Shown piece after piece: positions 63,160 to 64,000 of a stretch of 64,000 bases of DNA. The notes beneath the pieces were generated by a model. The model ran no database searches. It saw only the letters and a program-made list of their open reading frames with translations, and had not been told where the DNA came from. Every line of letters starts with the position of its first letter. The stretch's first letter is position 1. A program made the translations under genes and the position numbers. Location: positions 661,974,001 through 662,038,000 of the forward strand of contig NC_091282.1 in assembly GCF_032444005.1 (NCBI RefSeq), written 5' to 3'. This DNA comes from Ranitomeya imitator. Its lineage: Eukaryota.

Positions 63160-63240
63160 ATCGACTGTTGTGTTTGAAACTGTTAAACTGTAAAGCGCTG
63201 TAGAATATGTTGGCGCTATATAAATAAAGATTATTATTTT
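63160..63240 (+). mobile_element. Short L2-type 3' tail remnant
   Basis: ctgtaaagcgctgtagaatatgttggcgctatataaataaagattattatt, similar to the 3' end of the L2 at ~17530-17570. Confidence 0.6.
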
Positions 63241-63567
63241 CCATTATCTATCTATCTATCTATTTATCTGTGTGTGTAAACATTATTCTTCAATGGAGTA
63301 TGTATATGAAGAGGTTGGACAAGAAATGACATCACAATTCTTTTTTTTTTGTTCAATAATAGATCTTTATTTAGCTTTCAAAAAGGCATACAAATCTGCA
63401 TGAAAATCCGCATCAAAAATGCATAAAAAAGTGCATCAAATCCGCACTTGCATTTTCTGTAAAGAGAGGAATAATCTGCACAGAAAATTCCACAGGCAAA
63501 TCTGCAACGTGTGCACATACCCTAATAGAGTCAGGAAGTGATGTCACATTTTCAACTTCTGTTGACT

Positions 63568-63581
63568 GTTTCCATGGTAAC
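63568..63581. promoter_or_regulatory. RFX X-box
   Basis: GTTTCCATGGTAAC fits the GTTNCCATGGNAAC consensus; a strong donor AAA|GTAAGT follows at 63595. Confidence 0.7.
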
Positions 63582-63750
63582 GCTCCTGGGGAAAGTAAGT
63601 ACAGGAAGAGCACTGATACAGAATAGACCTGACTGCAGGTGCTCGTATAAATGTTCTCTGTATTATCATCACTACAAAGTATAAATCACTGCCTCCCACT
63701 CTTCTGAAATACTTTGTGCTGCTTTGCTGTTTGATCCTTTGGTGCTCAAG

Positions 63751-63948
63751 ATGCTGAGATCTAGGACATTGCATGACTCAAGAAACATTACCGAGGTGAC
63801 CAGAACATAATGAGAAAAATTAATTCTATTTAGTTAAAAATAATATATATTTCAATTATATGTATTTTTATATAAATTTGTTAATATTTGCTGTCTTCAT
63901 ACTCTAGAGAGAAGAGATCCTAAAGGACACAGAGATAGAACTAGAACG
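63751..63948 (+). CDS. Putative first coding exons of CFAP141/C1orf189 (runs off the window)
   Basis: Exons 63751-63795 (MLRSRTLHDSRNITE) and 63908-63948 (REEILKDTEIELER, phase 2) with GT-AG sites. Supported by synteny and the X-box; direct sequence similarity is weak. Confidence 0.42.
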
Positions 63949-64000
63949 GTAATAAATATTATGTGACGTGTTATAGACAGAGGTGATGTCACTGCTGTAA

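Overview
Vertebrate genomic DNA, not prokaryotic. The repeat landscape suggests a frog (inference). The window holds three complete spliced genes in the same order as human 1q21.3: HAX1 (minus, CDS 5547-7427, 7 exons), UBAP2L (minus, CDS 10360-26877, 27 core coding exons plus a cassette exon) and C1orf43/NICE-3 (plus, CDS 29431-36233, 7 exons). UBAP2L and C1orf43 share a bidirectional promoter. Probable 5' exons of CFAP141/C1orf189 with an RFX X-box lie at the right edge. Four UBAP2L introns each carry a SNORA58-like H/ACA snoRNA. The rest is satellites, Harbinger-type MITEs, TTAA piggyBac-like non-autonomous elements carrying telomere-like arrays, L2 fragments and a young Ty3/Gypsy element (47056-57292). 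The most unusual features are two insertions flanked by 16-bp direct repeats. One is a 5.2 x 436-bp head-to-tail array with an inverted cap inside the Gypsy integrase; the other is a ~700-bp-arm palindrome at 60.7-62.6 kb. Both look like Penelope- or retrozyme-type target-primed insertions. Homology calls rest on recalled sequences; no database searches were run.
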